From positions 103,726,001 to 103,790,000 of the forward strand of contig NC_090327.1 of NCBI RefSeq assembly GCF_035084215.1: a DNA stretch of 64,000 bases, in the 5' to 3' direction. The notes under the pieces were generated by a model. The model was not told the origin of the DNA. It saw only the letters and a list, made by a program, of their open reading frames with translations, and did not search any database. The translations under genes and the position numbers were made by a program. Source of the stretch: Heptranchias perlo. Its lineage: Eukaryota. Shown piece after piece: positions 50,669 through 63,319 of the stretch; position 1 is the first letter of the stretch, and each line of letters starts with the position of its first letter.

Positions 50669-51241
50669 AGTGATGAGGTTATTAGATTATATTGTGCTTC
50701 CAACCATTCAGACTGCCAGCAAACCTTGGTAAAAGATATTTACGGTAAACAGTTAATTATGGAAAACATACCGCATTGGGTTACTTCCTGTAATTCTTTG
50801 CTTTCTTTATGTACATATTTTGTTTGGACTGGCAAGCTTTATTTTCAATTCTGAATCATTTCAAATTGTGTTTGTAGGTTTTCTGTGCAGACGTGAGATA
50901 GTTTGACAGCAGTGCAGTGCATCTGCTGCCAGTGGGATGTGAAGGGTTTTGATTACTGGTTATGCAGGCTATTGCACACATGAAGAAGCTTTGAAATAGA
51001 GAGCAGCGAGGACATGAGGCAGTGAGAGAGGGAAATACCAGAAGGAGAATATGACTCCTAGAAGAAAACCAAGAGCAAAATAAAGAGCAATACTGAGGAC
51101 ATTAATTATTCAGAGCTGAGAAAGAGAGAAAACACCGAGTGAGAAAGGGAGAGAGAAACAGAGCGAGAAAGAGAGAGAGGGGAAGAGAGGGAGAGAAAAA
51201 AAGGGGAGAGAGAAAAAGAAAGAGAGCGAAAGAGAGAGAGA
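50669..51241 (+). repeat. Donor arm of the inverted duplication, ending in a GA-rich tract
   Basis: agtgatgaggttattagattatattgtgcttccaacc... is the reverse complement of 49100-49136, and the match continues to the (GA)n tract. Confidence 0.93.
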
Positions 51242-52310
51242 GAGAGAGAACAAGAACAAACTACTAGAGAAAAGGAGAGAGGGGTCAATTTTCACTTCTA
51301 TCACCTGGTGTTAACGGGACAGTAAAGACCTCAAAATGGGGCAGTAGCCTTACTGCCCCATTAATACCGACAAAGAGGCTGGCAACACTTTGAAAGGTGG
51401 CCGAAGCATCTGCCTGTTTCAGGCAGTAGGCCCCTTTTAATACACAAACCGGGGTCCCTGGACCCTGATTGTCATTTATGGTCGGAACTGGTTGGAGCAC
51501 GCTCCGCGCACAAGCTGACCAGCTCCACGGGCGATGAAGGCAAAGAGGCCCAGCCAAGGTAAGTTTGGAATTATTGGACTCCTGCTCCTCCAGGTGGCAC
51601 AAAAAGTAATGTGGGCCACTGCTGCCCTGGGACCCGCACCATCCACGGTGTTGACCCCTACTGCTCTTACGTTGGCTGGCGGGTGGGGCGGCCTGATATT
51701 GGGAGGCTTCACTCCAGCGAGCTGTATTAAGACTGTCCGTCTGGACTGCACCTCGCCGACCTGACATTAATGAAGCTGGTCCCTCAAAATCAAGGCTGCT
51801 TCTTCGCCTGTTGTAATCTATTACAATGGCTGACTGGTCAGCCCTATGCTGTTGGATATTTTGCGTCAGCCTTTCGTGTACTGTATTTTCTCTCTTCATG
51901 ATAACAGAGATCCAATTTTCCAGCACTCAAGCATCTGACATCACTGGGATACAATCCCATAAAAATTCAATCAAAAAAATAAATGGCAGAAATAAGATGA
52001 AACACTCGATGAATGTGGAAATACACAAACTACTTGTCTGTGACAAGAAATGATATTAGAGCAGAATATCTTATGTGAATTATCCCTTGTCTTCTGGGTT
52101 TCTCTGCACTTTATTGTGACAGTTAGATGGCCTGGATGAATGAGGTCATTACTGCACCAGTTCCAATTATAAACAATTTTCTGTAGCCCAAAACGCAGAT
52201 TCTAAAAACCTGCTGAATCCACTGTAAGTTTATTGTAAGTCACAGTCAAAGATCAGTGCATTTCATATTTCTGAAGGAAGTCTTTCCACACGACTCACAC
52301 TTTTGATACT

Positions 52311-55300
52311 GGGGCCTATAAATTCGATCATGCCTGAAAATGGGCATGCAGGGGTGGGGTTGGGCGCGAGTTGAACTCGCCTGTTCACCCGTTCGCAGAG
52401 ACCACATTAAGTTGGTGCTGCCAGCTCATTACCATGTATCAGGTGTTCAGGCAGCGCTACCCATGCTACCCATTGGTTGCATACCTGTTTATGGGGGGGT
52501 GGTGGGGGCAGGAACTAGGGCTTCACTGATGCCAGTTAAAGGCAGCCAGCACCTCTTAAAGCAGAGATGCACTGGCTGCAGGCAGGAAGGAAGACATCGA
52601 AGAAAGAAATGGCTGTAAGACCTGCAGATCAGGCTCTTCGGTTCTCTGGTGCTGCATTGAGGCCCTGGCCCAGGCAGTGGACAGGAGCAGGGAGCACCAG
52701 GGGGCAGAAAGCCCTCCAGGCAACACCTCCACCGCCAGTGTGAAGAGGTCACTGCAGAAGTTAATGCCAGAAGCTTAGCTCGAAGGACATGGCTGCAATG
52801 TTTAAAAAAAAGGTTCAATGACCTGACCAGAGTTGTCAAGGTAAGAATCCTGCTCTTTTACTCTCTGCTCACACCTCCACCACCTACAGCCTCGCTACTC
52901 ACAATACTCCCCTTAACTCTGCTACAATCAGTGCACCACACTTCACTCCAACTCCATCTCCTCCTACTCACACACACTGCACTTCCTACTCTCAGCACTA
53001 TTGCAAACCTCACTTCCCCGCAGCTCACATCTTGCACACTATATACAAACTATTCAACCATGAGAGGCTCATTCTTTAAACACCTCACAAGGATGTCACT
53101 AACACACTCACTTCTTTCTTGCAAGAGAAGGTCGCGCACAACTTCCGTGAAAGAAAGTGTGCTGGCCATCATGGAGAGGGAAGAGAGTCATGGCCGTGGT
53201 GAGTGGCAATGTTGGAGGAGGCGTTGCACAGGGTTTCTTCACATCTTATCCTCTTGTTCCCTTCTTACTTCCAGCTAGGGCAAGGGGATAGGACACAACA
53301 GGTGCCAGCTCGCCGGAGCAAAGATCACATAACAGCACAGTTGCAGAGGACTCAGGTGTTGGCTTCGAAGGCCTAGCCTGGTGAATTTACACCAGGAAAT
53401 GCTAGGTGCATTGGCCAATCTGCTGATGAAATTCTACACAATGGCTCAGAGCGTGAAGGCATTCAGCTCTCACTTGTGTTGGGGCTTCACACAAAGCATG
53501 GAGACCATTCTGTCTAATATGGAGCAAGTGATCAGCTGTGTGAACACGACAGTAGTGCCCCCACTGACAGCTCTGACAGTTTCCATGGCAGCTCACACTG
53601 CCACCATGGAAGCTCAGACAGCTGCCAATCTTGACTCTGGCGTTCAGTGTTGACAGGGACTTCCAGAGCATTACATCACTCCTGCACTCTGTTCTTGCGA
53701 AGAGCTGCAGGAGCAGCAATCTCAGAAGAGTGGCCTTGACTCCATGGAAGAGGCACCTGCTGTCCGCTCTCACCACCTGCTCCCCTGCCATCCACTCCAC
53801 CTGTGCCCTTGTTAATGCCACACAGCCGACTGTGCCAGACTGACCCGGCCCATGCCAAAATGCTGCAGTCTGCAGCCGGGCCCTCAAGGCCCAGAGCTGT
53901 TCGAGGTCACCCACCATGGCCAACTGAAGTGTCCTCAATGGAAGCTCAGCAGCCTTCCACCGCGCAAGCTGTAGCCATTGGGGATTCACTTTGTAGAAGC
54001 ACTAGAATAGGTAATCAAGCACACAAGACAGGCACTAAAAGGTTGCATAAGGGGGAATTCTTAATTATTCCTGTTAAATAGTAGACATGGATGGAATTGA
54101 GTTGACAGATTTTTTTTTGTACTGGATTTGGTGTTGGTGCTAATATTTGTAGTGAATTGAGAGCAAGACCCAAAAGGCTGGACTAAAGGAAGGGAATCAG
54201 GTGGTGGTAGTAAAGACGGTGGTGATAAGGATTGCGGGACTGTTGGTGTATTGGGGATGGGAGGGATGGTTTGCATGAGGCGCTCTTGCATGTGCTGCTA
54301 TCTAAGACCTCTGGGGTCACTGGTGGTTGATGATGATCTTACTCTTCCTCCTCCTGTCCTTTTTGCTGCCCAGGTGGTGGTAATGTCTGGTCTCTCACTA
54401 TTGTAAAATTATGCAGCATGCAGCAGATGACCACAAATCTTCAGAATCAGTCAGAGGTGTACTGCAAAGCTCCTTCAGAACAGTCTGGACAGCGGAAGCA
54501 CTGCTTGAGCATGCTGACTATCTGCTTGATGACCTTTTTGGTGTCTGCCAGCTGTGCCCGGGTTCCTGACAGGAGTCAAGAGCCAAGCCTGAAGAGGATA
54601 GCCCTTGTTGCCCAGTAACCAGCCTGTAACTGATGGCCTTATTGGAAATAAAGGTGGCAAAGAGGACTGGTGGAGGATGAATGAATCATGGTTGCTGTCA
54701 GGAAACTGGGCACAACTTGAAAGACGAGGTGCCCATGGTCGCAAACAAGCAAAGGAGTGGAATCCCTTTCTATTGATAAAGATGCCAGGCTGGTAATGGG
54801 GAGCACGCAAAGCAATGTGGGTGCAGTCTATGGCATCTTAAACCTGGGAAGCCTGCACAGCTGGCGAACCCTAGTGTTTTCTCATCCTGCTTCACTCTGT
54901 CCATTGGGAAAGGAATGTAGCTCTTGCACCTGCCGGAGAGAGCCTCGGTGATTTCCCTGATACAGCGGTGCAAACTGGGAGATGTCCCTGGTGTCACACC
55001 CTGCAGCCTGGAATGACCCCGGGGAATAAAAGTTAAGGGCCACGCTGATCTGACAGACACAGGCTGTGGCCGCAGCAGGTGACACAGTTCGGTGACCGTC
55101 TCCTTGGTGAAGCAAAGACGCCTCATGCACCGCTCTTTAGTGAAGTTTAGAAAGGAGACGTACTCCAGAAGACCCACTATGTGTATGGCCTCTTGCACAG
55201 TGCCCTCCTCCTACCTCTTCTCCTGGCTGCTCGTGCTCTCTCCTAGTCTTCTTGGCCGCTCCCCCTCGTCCTCCGGTCCCAAAAGCAGACCTACCTGACC

Positions 55301-55785
55301 ACCCATGACCACAGTAAAACTGTTCTGAAGGCAGACAAAAGCAGTCCAGCACTAGCAAAAACTTGTTGGCTGAAGTCAGAAATCAATTGTAGAAGGCAGA
55401 AAATAGGCAAAAAAATGCCCAGAAGTTAACCAGCAGCCTAAGAAGATAAACCAGCAACTAACCAGTATATAGTGGATTAGCCCTTTATATAGCACTGCTG
55501 CAGGTCTTTGCTGCGTGTTAGCGCCATGTGTTACTGAGCAAGTTTATCACGTGGTGAGTCAGGCACTGGGGCAGACCAACTTCACAAAAGGATTCTACAA
55601 CAAGTGAAGGACCCTGAATTAAATATTTTAATAAGGCTTATTAAAATTTCCGGCGTGCACCCTGGACGCCTACGGAGGAGCCCAATCCAATATGGCAGAC
55701 GGCAAACTTCTGGTGCATATTGGACCGTTAGGTGCCCATTTTAAGCCTGTAAAATGGGCGTGGCACGGTTGAATTTCCAGATCAA
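52311..55785. mobile_element. Near full-length decayed Harbinger/PIF transposon (Myb/SANT-like gene +, DDE transposase -)
   Basis: Myb exon ...cgaaggacatggctgcaatg...ttcaatgacctgaccagagttgtcaag|gtaag (52841). Minus ORFs 54475-55198 have FINRKGFHS, FPDSNHDSFIL and WLLGNKGYPLQAWLLTP. Degenerate TIRs ggcctataaattcgatcatgcc versus gatctggaaattcaaccgtgcc (reverse complement). Confidence 0.85.
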
Positions 55786-56244
55786 GCAATCAGCCTTGTG
55801 ACTCTTCTCCACACTGTTTCTAGCACTTGAATGTCTCCTTGGTTTCTCGGCAACCATGAGTGAATGAATGCAGTGCTCAAAGTGTGATCCGACCAGAAAC
55901 TGTGTAGTCTGACCATAACATGAGAGGAACTGACAGAAGATAATCAGGAGTGAACAAGACCATAAAAATAAAGAAAGAACTTGCATTTACATCCTACAAT
56001 ATAATGCATTACCGAATTGAGCAAACACGACTTAATGGGGCAGAGAATAGAATCTGTTAATGTCTTAGTTGAAGCCTGTAAACTAAAGAGGTGCAAAGGG
56101 ACTAAGACTATGAAGAGAGATGCAGAGGAATCGACGGACTATCATACTGGCAGAAGAGGCCATTGAAAGACTCGCATGGAATGTTTCATCACTTCCTTTC
56201 TTCACTTCCACATACTATCCCACAGAGACCACAGAAAGGACCAG

Positions 56245-58070
56245 TTAACAACATAGGAATAGAAGTAGGCCATTCAGCCCGTCTAGTATGTTCCGTCATT
56301 CAATGAGATCATGGCTGATCTGTATCCTAACTCCATCCACCCGCCTTGGCTCCATATCCCTAAATACCCTTGGCTAGCAAAAATCTATCAATTTCAAATT
56401 TCAAATTGTTAATTGAGCTAGCATCTACTGCTTTTTGTGGAAGAGCGTTCCACATTTCTACCACCCTTTGCATGAAGAAGTGTTTCCTAACTTCTCTCCT
56501 GAATGGCCTGGCTCTGATTTTAAGATTATGTCCTCTTGTGCTAGACTCCCCCATCAGCAGAAAAAGTTTCTCACTATCTACCCGATCAATTCATTTCAAA
56601 ATCCTAAAAACCTCAATCAAATCACCCCTTAACCTTTCATATTCCAGGGAAAACAAGCTTAGTTTATGGAATCTCTCCTTATAATCTAACCCTTGGAGCC
56701 CTGGTAACATTCTAGTGAAGCTGCACTGCACTTCTTTCTAAGGTGCAGTGCCCAGAACTGTACACAGTACTCCAGATGTGGTCTAACCAAGGCTTTTTAT
56801 AGCTGTAGCAAAACTTCCTCCCCTTTATATTCTAGCCCTCTAGTTATAGAGGCTAACATTCCATTAGCCTTTTTGATTATTTTTTGTGCCTGACTACAAC
56901 ATTTTAGTAATCTGTGTACATGGACCCCTAAATCTCTTTGGACCTCCACTGTTCCTAGCTTTTCACCATTTAAAAAATACTCAATTCTATCATTTTTTGG
57001 TCCAAAATGGATGCCCTCACACTTATCTGCAATGAAATGCAGCTACCACAATTTTGCCCACTCACTTAATCTATCAATGTCTCTTCATAATTTTATGCTC
57101 CCATCTACAATTCTTACTATGCCACCAATCTTTGTGTCATTCGCAAACTTGGATATATGGCTCTCTATTGTGTTATCTAAGTCATTAATAAATAGAGTGA
57201 ATATTTGAGGCACCAGCACAGATCCTTGCCGGACACCACTCATCACTTCCTTCCAATTCGAACACATACCCTCTATCCCTACTCTCTGTCTTCTACCGCC
57301 TAACCAATCACCTAACTAGGTCAATAATTTGCCTTCAATTCCATGAGCTTTAATTTTAGCTAACAGTCTCTTATGTGGAACCTTATCAAATGCCTTCTGG
57401 AAGTCCATATATACTATATCCATAGACATTCCCTTGTCTACTACTTTAGTTACTTCCTCAAAAAATTCAATTAGGTTCGTTAGGCATGACCCATCCTTTA
57501 CAAATCCATGTTGGCTCTCTCTAATCACTCTAAGTGCTCAGTCACTCTGTCCTTAATTCTAGATTCCAATAACTTTCCCACAACAGATGTTAGACTAACA
57601 GGACTATAATTTCCTGGTTTCTGTCTCACATCTTTCTTAAATAATGAAGATACATTTGCAATTTTCCAATCTAAAGGGACAATTCCTGAATCGAAAATTG
57701 GAAAATTACGGCTAAAGCATCGGCAATTTCCTTACCTACTTCCTTTAAAATCCTGGGGTGTAAACCAGCAGGTTCTGGGGATTTGCCCGTCTTTAGTGCC
57801 ATTATTTTTTCTAATGCTGTTTCTTGCTTATGTTAACTTTAGTGAGTTCCAGTCCTTGATTCATTATTAGTTTCCCTGGAATGTCAGGTGTATTATCCTC
57901 TTCCTCTAATGTGAAGACTGATACAAAGTAATTATTCAACAAGTCTGCCATTTCCTTATTTTCATTTGCAATATTACCCGCATCAATTTTTAAAGGGCCC
58001 ACATTCCCCTTGACCCCTTTTCTTCCAATATAATTGTAAAAACCTTTTGTGTTAATTTTGATGTTCCTAG
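56245..58070 (-). mobile_element. CR1 LINE RT and 3' UTR, decayed
   Basis: Minus ORFs SQHGFVK...MDFQKAFDKVPH, SKFANDTK and STRGHNLKI. Confidence 0.9.
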
Positions 58071-58804
58071 GACTCTTCTGTTGGTTTCAAATCAAAGGTG
58101 TACTAAAGCACCAGATGGGACCCATCTGCCAATTTTCCTTTCCTTCCTGTAGAGGAGTTTCTAATGTAAAGTACTGTCTCCACCACTGGCAGAAAGGAGA
58201 TATGGAGCTCATCAGATGAGGAATCAGTGCACAAACCTCTGCTTTACCAAACTATGACACAGCTCTTCAGACAACCACAGTCCTGAACCATAGTGTAACC
58301 TGACGCCGGGCTGGAGATTTCACTATAAGTCCAATGTCACATACAATGATGGAGAGTGGAAATCTTATCCCGCTTTTTGCCATAGTGTGAGAGACACCAT
58401 TCTGTATCCATCCTGTTCCATATTTACAAACTCTTAACATCCAATGACAGTCATTATATAAATTCTGACCCATGTAAGGGAGAGATTTCCTTTGTGTGCG
58501 GTGTGTAAAATTGTATACGTGATCCTTAAAAAATATGATTTTGCATATCACACAGACTAAATCTTACCTCCCAGCTGAGCAATAAATTAAATTTAGCAAA
58601 TTGCACAAAAAGCAAATAAAAAGATCAGTCATATAAATAAAATGAAGCAAGGAGAAGGCACTACTGATGTGAGGTTAATTTTCCCCTCTTCCATGCTCCT
58701 GGCACTCCGGAAGCACCTCATTTGCGGTCTCCACAATTTTCTATCTGTTAGTTTTATTGGATAAAAAATCCTGGGGGCGACGAATTGGGCTGAACCCACA
58801 TTCT

Positions 58805-58925
58805 AGATATGTTGATAGGGTGAGATGAAATAAGGTGGGAGGAGGCTCGTGTGGAGTCATAAACACCGGCATAAGGCCGAATGGCCTGTTTCTATGCTGT
58901 AAAATTCAATGTCATTCTATGTAAT
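58805..58925 (+). mobile_element. CR1 3' UTR fragment
   Basis: ggtgggaggaggctcgtgtggag...ccgaatggcctgtttctatgctgtaaaatt matches 19994-20090. Confidence 0.75.
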
Positions 58926-59321
58926 GGAAGATATGGAGTCTTAACAGGTGAAACACCAGGAGCACAAAATATGAACAGTTACTTCATAGTACCTGGTGCA
59001 CCTATCAGTCAAGTTTGCTCAACAACTTTTTGTAGAGTGCCACTATCTTTCTCATTTGCACTCTCTTTCTGTCTGTCCGTCTCTCTCGCTCTGTGACCTG
59101 GTAAGTTGTAAATTGAAGCCAAAAGTTGCAAGTCTCCCGATAGCCACAGGTGAATGGGAGGTAGGCCACAGGAGACCAGACAGCTGTATTATGGCTGCTC
59201 CTGCTGTAAATCAACATCTCTCAGCTAATAATACTTATCCATATTTTCTTTAAAGGGATATGGTTCTCATTAAAAACTGTTTGGCAATTCTTTTTTTGTT
59301 TGGGAGGAGAAATGGATTTGA

Positions 59322-60100
59322 AGAATTATGGAATGACACAGCACAGAAGGAGGCCACTTGGCCCATCATGGTTGTGCCAGTTCTTTGAAAGAGTAATTCA
59401 ATTAGTTCCACTCCCCAGCTCTTTTCCCATAGCCCTGCAAATGTTTCCTTTTCAAGTACTTATCCAATTCACTTCTGAAAGTTACTATTGAATTTGCGTC
59501 CACCCCCTTTCAGGCAGTGCATTCCAGATCATAACAACTCGATGCGTAAAAAAATTTCTCCTCATCTCCCCTTGGTTCTTTTGCCAATTACCTTAAATCT
59601 GTGTCCTCTGGTTATTGACCCTCCTGCCAGTGCGAACAGTTTTTCCCAGTCTACTCTATCAAAACGCTTCATAATTTTGAATGCCTTTCTTAAATATCAC
59701 CTTAACCTTCTCTGCTCTAAACCCAACTTCTCCAATCTATCCACATAACTGAAGTGCCTCAACCCCGGTACCATTCTGACAAACCTCCTCTGCACCCTCT
59801 CCAAGGCCCTGACATCTTTGCTAAAGTGTAGTGCCCAGAATTAGACACAATACTCCAGCTGAGGCCTTTTTATAAAGGTTTAGCATAACTTCCTTGCCTT
59901 TGTACTCTATGCCTCGACCTATAAAGCCAAGGAACCTATATGCCTTTTTAACATCCTTCTCAACTTGTCCTGCCACCTTCAAAGATTTGTGTATGTGAAC
60001 CCCTAGGTCTCTCTGTTCCTGCACCTCCTTTACAATTGTACCATTTAGTTTATATTGCCTCTCCTGGTTCTTCCTCCCAAAATGCATCACTATGCAACTT
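59322..60100 (-). mobile_element. CR1 LINE 3' fragment
   Basis: ORF 59821-60105(-): MHFGRKNQERQYKLNG...QRDLGVHIHKSLK. Confidence 0.88.
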
Positions 60101-61414
60101 TGCATTATTTCAATCTCAATGAAGTTGTATGCAATTAATGCGATGATTCATTTTAATGTGATTTATGGCACCGTGTGGTAAATTTACAATCTAATCATAA
60201 ACTTTGCAAAGCATTTTTTCATGTCGATGGTGCCCCTAATGTTATTGTAGACATTTTTATTATTCAATGAAGTACAGTAATTGTCATGCTAATTATCTGA
60301 TATGTGTGAGGTTTGACTGTTCTATTTGACTGTGGTTGAACTAAACCTCTTTTATTCAACAATAACCCTCATTTATCCTGAACTAAATATTTTGCTAGCT
60401 TATACTTGATTGTTTCATTACTGATTTTCACCACTTCATGACTCTATCTAATTGTCTATTTAGAGATATATACGCTGTAAAAGGCAAGGCAAATTGATGT
60501 GTTAGCCTGACAGATCGTTCTGGAGGCAGCATTCATATTCTGGTACAAACTGGATACGCCAACGGAATTCTGTCAGGAGTTAACATTTGTTGTTGACACC
60601 CTTGAAACTATGCCCAAACCTGAGTCACTACACTTAGGGGTGGAGCGGAAACAAGCAGAAAGAAAAATCTGCTTACGTACTATCTCGGGGGTAAATTCAT
60701 GATCTTGAACTCCTGGCACTGTGCTTTGCTTGCCAGGAAAACATATTGCAAATCCTGGCACAGAGGTCAGTGCGTCCCACAAGAATTTAATGAATATAAA
60801 AGCTTGTAGGCCCAGAGAACGCCATGTCCAAGTTCCCAAATCTTACTCTTCCTGTGATGAAGGTTGCATGTGGGAGTGAGATTTCTTTAAAAAACCCTGA
60901 GATTTTCCACTTTATTTAAGAGCAAATTGTATCCAGGCACTGGGGGACAAACAGCCTCCTCGTGTCCTGTAATTTCTATCACTGTATGAAATTCCTCCTT
61001 TATTGAGTCCGAGCCCAGGGAGTGGTTTAGAAATGTTGGTGCTGAGCTGAATTTAGGACGATGTGCCCAGTGAGAATTGGGGCTCCGGGCCCACTGCTCT
61101 TTGTGCGATCTCTCGGTTTGGTTCAGGTCGGTCTGTGCCGCCCAGTTTTGACGTGAAGTCCAAGTGCAGATTGGCTGTGACCAAGGCTCCCAATTCAGCA
61201 TTGTCACCTTCACACAGAACCCGAGTCCAAACTAGAGTCCAAGGAGATAGGGAGAGGGATGCAATAACATTTGCAGATGTCACGCAGTCAGACGACACGT
61301 GGTCAGACGTCACGTGGTTTGAACGTAACATGATCAAATCTCTAGAAATGGTTCCAACCAGAGTTGACAATCCTAAGTACAGGTTAACTTTAAAACAGTC
61401 CCTTTGTACTTAAT

Positions 61415-62396
61415 TGGTGCTTAGGGCCCAGCTATTCACAATATATATCAATGATTTGGATGAGGGAACCAAATGTAATATTTCCAAGTTTGCTGATGAC
61501 ACAAAACTAGGTGGGACTGTGAGTTATCAGGAGGATGCAAAGCGGCTTCAAGGCGATTTAGACAAGTTGAGTGAGTGGGTAAATACAGGGCAGATGCAGC
61601 ATATTGTGGATAAATGAGAAGATATCCACTTCAGAAGGAAAAACAGAAAGGCAGAGTATTATTTAAATGGTGATAGATTGGGAAATGTTGATGTACAAAG
61701 GGACCTGGGTGTCCTTGTACACCAGTCACTCAAAGCAAACATGCAGGTGCAGCAAGCAGTTAGGAAGGCAAATGGTATGTTGACCTTCATTGCAAGAGCA
61801 AGGATGTCTTACTGCAGTTATACAGGCCCTTGGTGAGACCACACCTGGAGTATTGTGTGCAGTTTTGGTCTCCTTACCTAAGAAAGGATACACTTGCCAT
61901 AGAGAGAGTGCAGCGAAGGTTCACCAGACTGATTCCTGGGATTGCAGGACTGTCGTATGAGGAGAGATTGGGTCAACTCGGCCTGTATTCACTAAAGTTT
62001 AGAAGAATGAGAGGGGATCTCATTGAAACATATAAAATTCTGACAGGGCTAGACAGGCTGGGTGCAGGGAGGATGTTTCCCCTGGCTGGGGGGTCCAGAA
62101 CGAGGGGTCACAGTCTCAGGATACGGGGTAGAACATTTAGGACTGAGATGAGGAGAAATTTCTTCACTCAGAGGGTAGTGAACATATGGAATTCTCTACC
62201 ACAGAAGGCTGTGGAGGCCAAGTCACTGAATATGTTTAAGAAGGAGCTAGACAGAATTCTAGACACAAAAGGGGTATGGGGAGAGCGCGGGAATATGGTA
62301 TTGAGATAGAGGATCAGCCATGAATATATTGAATGGCGGAGCAGGCTCAAAGGGCCGAATGGCCTACTCCTGCTCCTGTTTTCTATGTTTCTATGT
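61415..62396 (+). mobile_element. CR1 LINE 5'-truncated RT and 3' UTR
   Basis: [12 protein letters not shown]...FADDTKL; RPHLEYCVQFWSP; (tttctatg)n tail. Confidence 0.92.
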
Positions 62397-62939
62397 AATT
62401 AAAAATTAGTAACATTACATTTCTTTTACAATTACATACCATACACAGTTCAAACATATGGGAGCCATCTTAGTCATATGTGGTCTTTTACACTGCCTTA
62501 TCTTCAGGGGTTCCAGCGTTTTACAGGAGGAAACGGGCATCTGAATTACACATGAAAAATTGAGAAACCTAGATGAAGAGCCCATGATGGAAAACATTAG
62601 CAATGTTGAAAAGAGCAGGTGAGAAGACCAGGGGCATTAGCGAGATTATGCTATTCTAGGCTTTTGAAGGCCTGTGCAGTATAGAGAAAAGGGAAGAGCC
62701 ACAGTTTTGAGGTGCTGGGAAAGAATGAGTTAAGAGTAGGACATCTTTGTTGAGTTTTGATTTCAATATCGCGGGGATACTGAGAGAAGAAGAGTGCACA
62801 AGTCAATATATTCAGAGCTGAGGCGGAACAAGAGGGGGAAGAAATATCGCTGAATCATAAGGTTAGTGCCTCTTCAACTGATCTTCACAATGTAGCAAAA
62901 TGTCACAGCAGCTTCTTATTTAGTACTGTTGGGTTTATG

Positions 62940-63275
62940 GAGTATACATCACCAAAACAGATTGTCTGCTCATTCATTCATTTACTGTTTATTTTGCTCC
63001 CCTGTTCGCCTACATCACAGTAATAAGTGATTCAGGAAATGCAGATCAGGTCAGTCAGTATCCGTAAAGAGAAAAGATGGATTATGATATTTCGGTTTTA
63101 ATAACATTTCATTAGATCTTTCTCCTTTCTCCGCTGATGCTGACTGATCTGTTGTATATTTCCAGCATTTGCATATTTTCCTTTTTATTGGAACAAAAAA
63201 TAATTCATTGTCTGTAAAGCATTTTGGGAAATTATGAGAATGTGATGAGGTGCTGTATAAATGCAAATTCTTTTC
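62940..63275 (+). mobile_element. Old DeuSINE 3' half interrupted by a degenerate Penelope-pLTR palindrome (about 63045-63185)
   Basis: accaaaacagattgtctgctcatt and ttcattgtctgtaaagcattttggga...gctgtataaatgcaa match the SINE at 3215-3385. The middle gatgctgactgatctgttgtatatttccagcattt matches 5959-5992. Confidence 0.55.
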
Positions 63276-63319
63276 AGAAAGAAATATACACGAGAATCAA
63301 AGAACAACCAGAAATATAT

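Noticed and set aside
51285-51926. 213-aa minus-strand ORF as a gene
   Set aside because: No recognisable domain. Most of it crosses a GC-rich MITE-like block beginning ggggtcaatttt.
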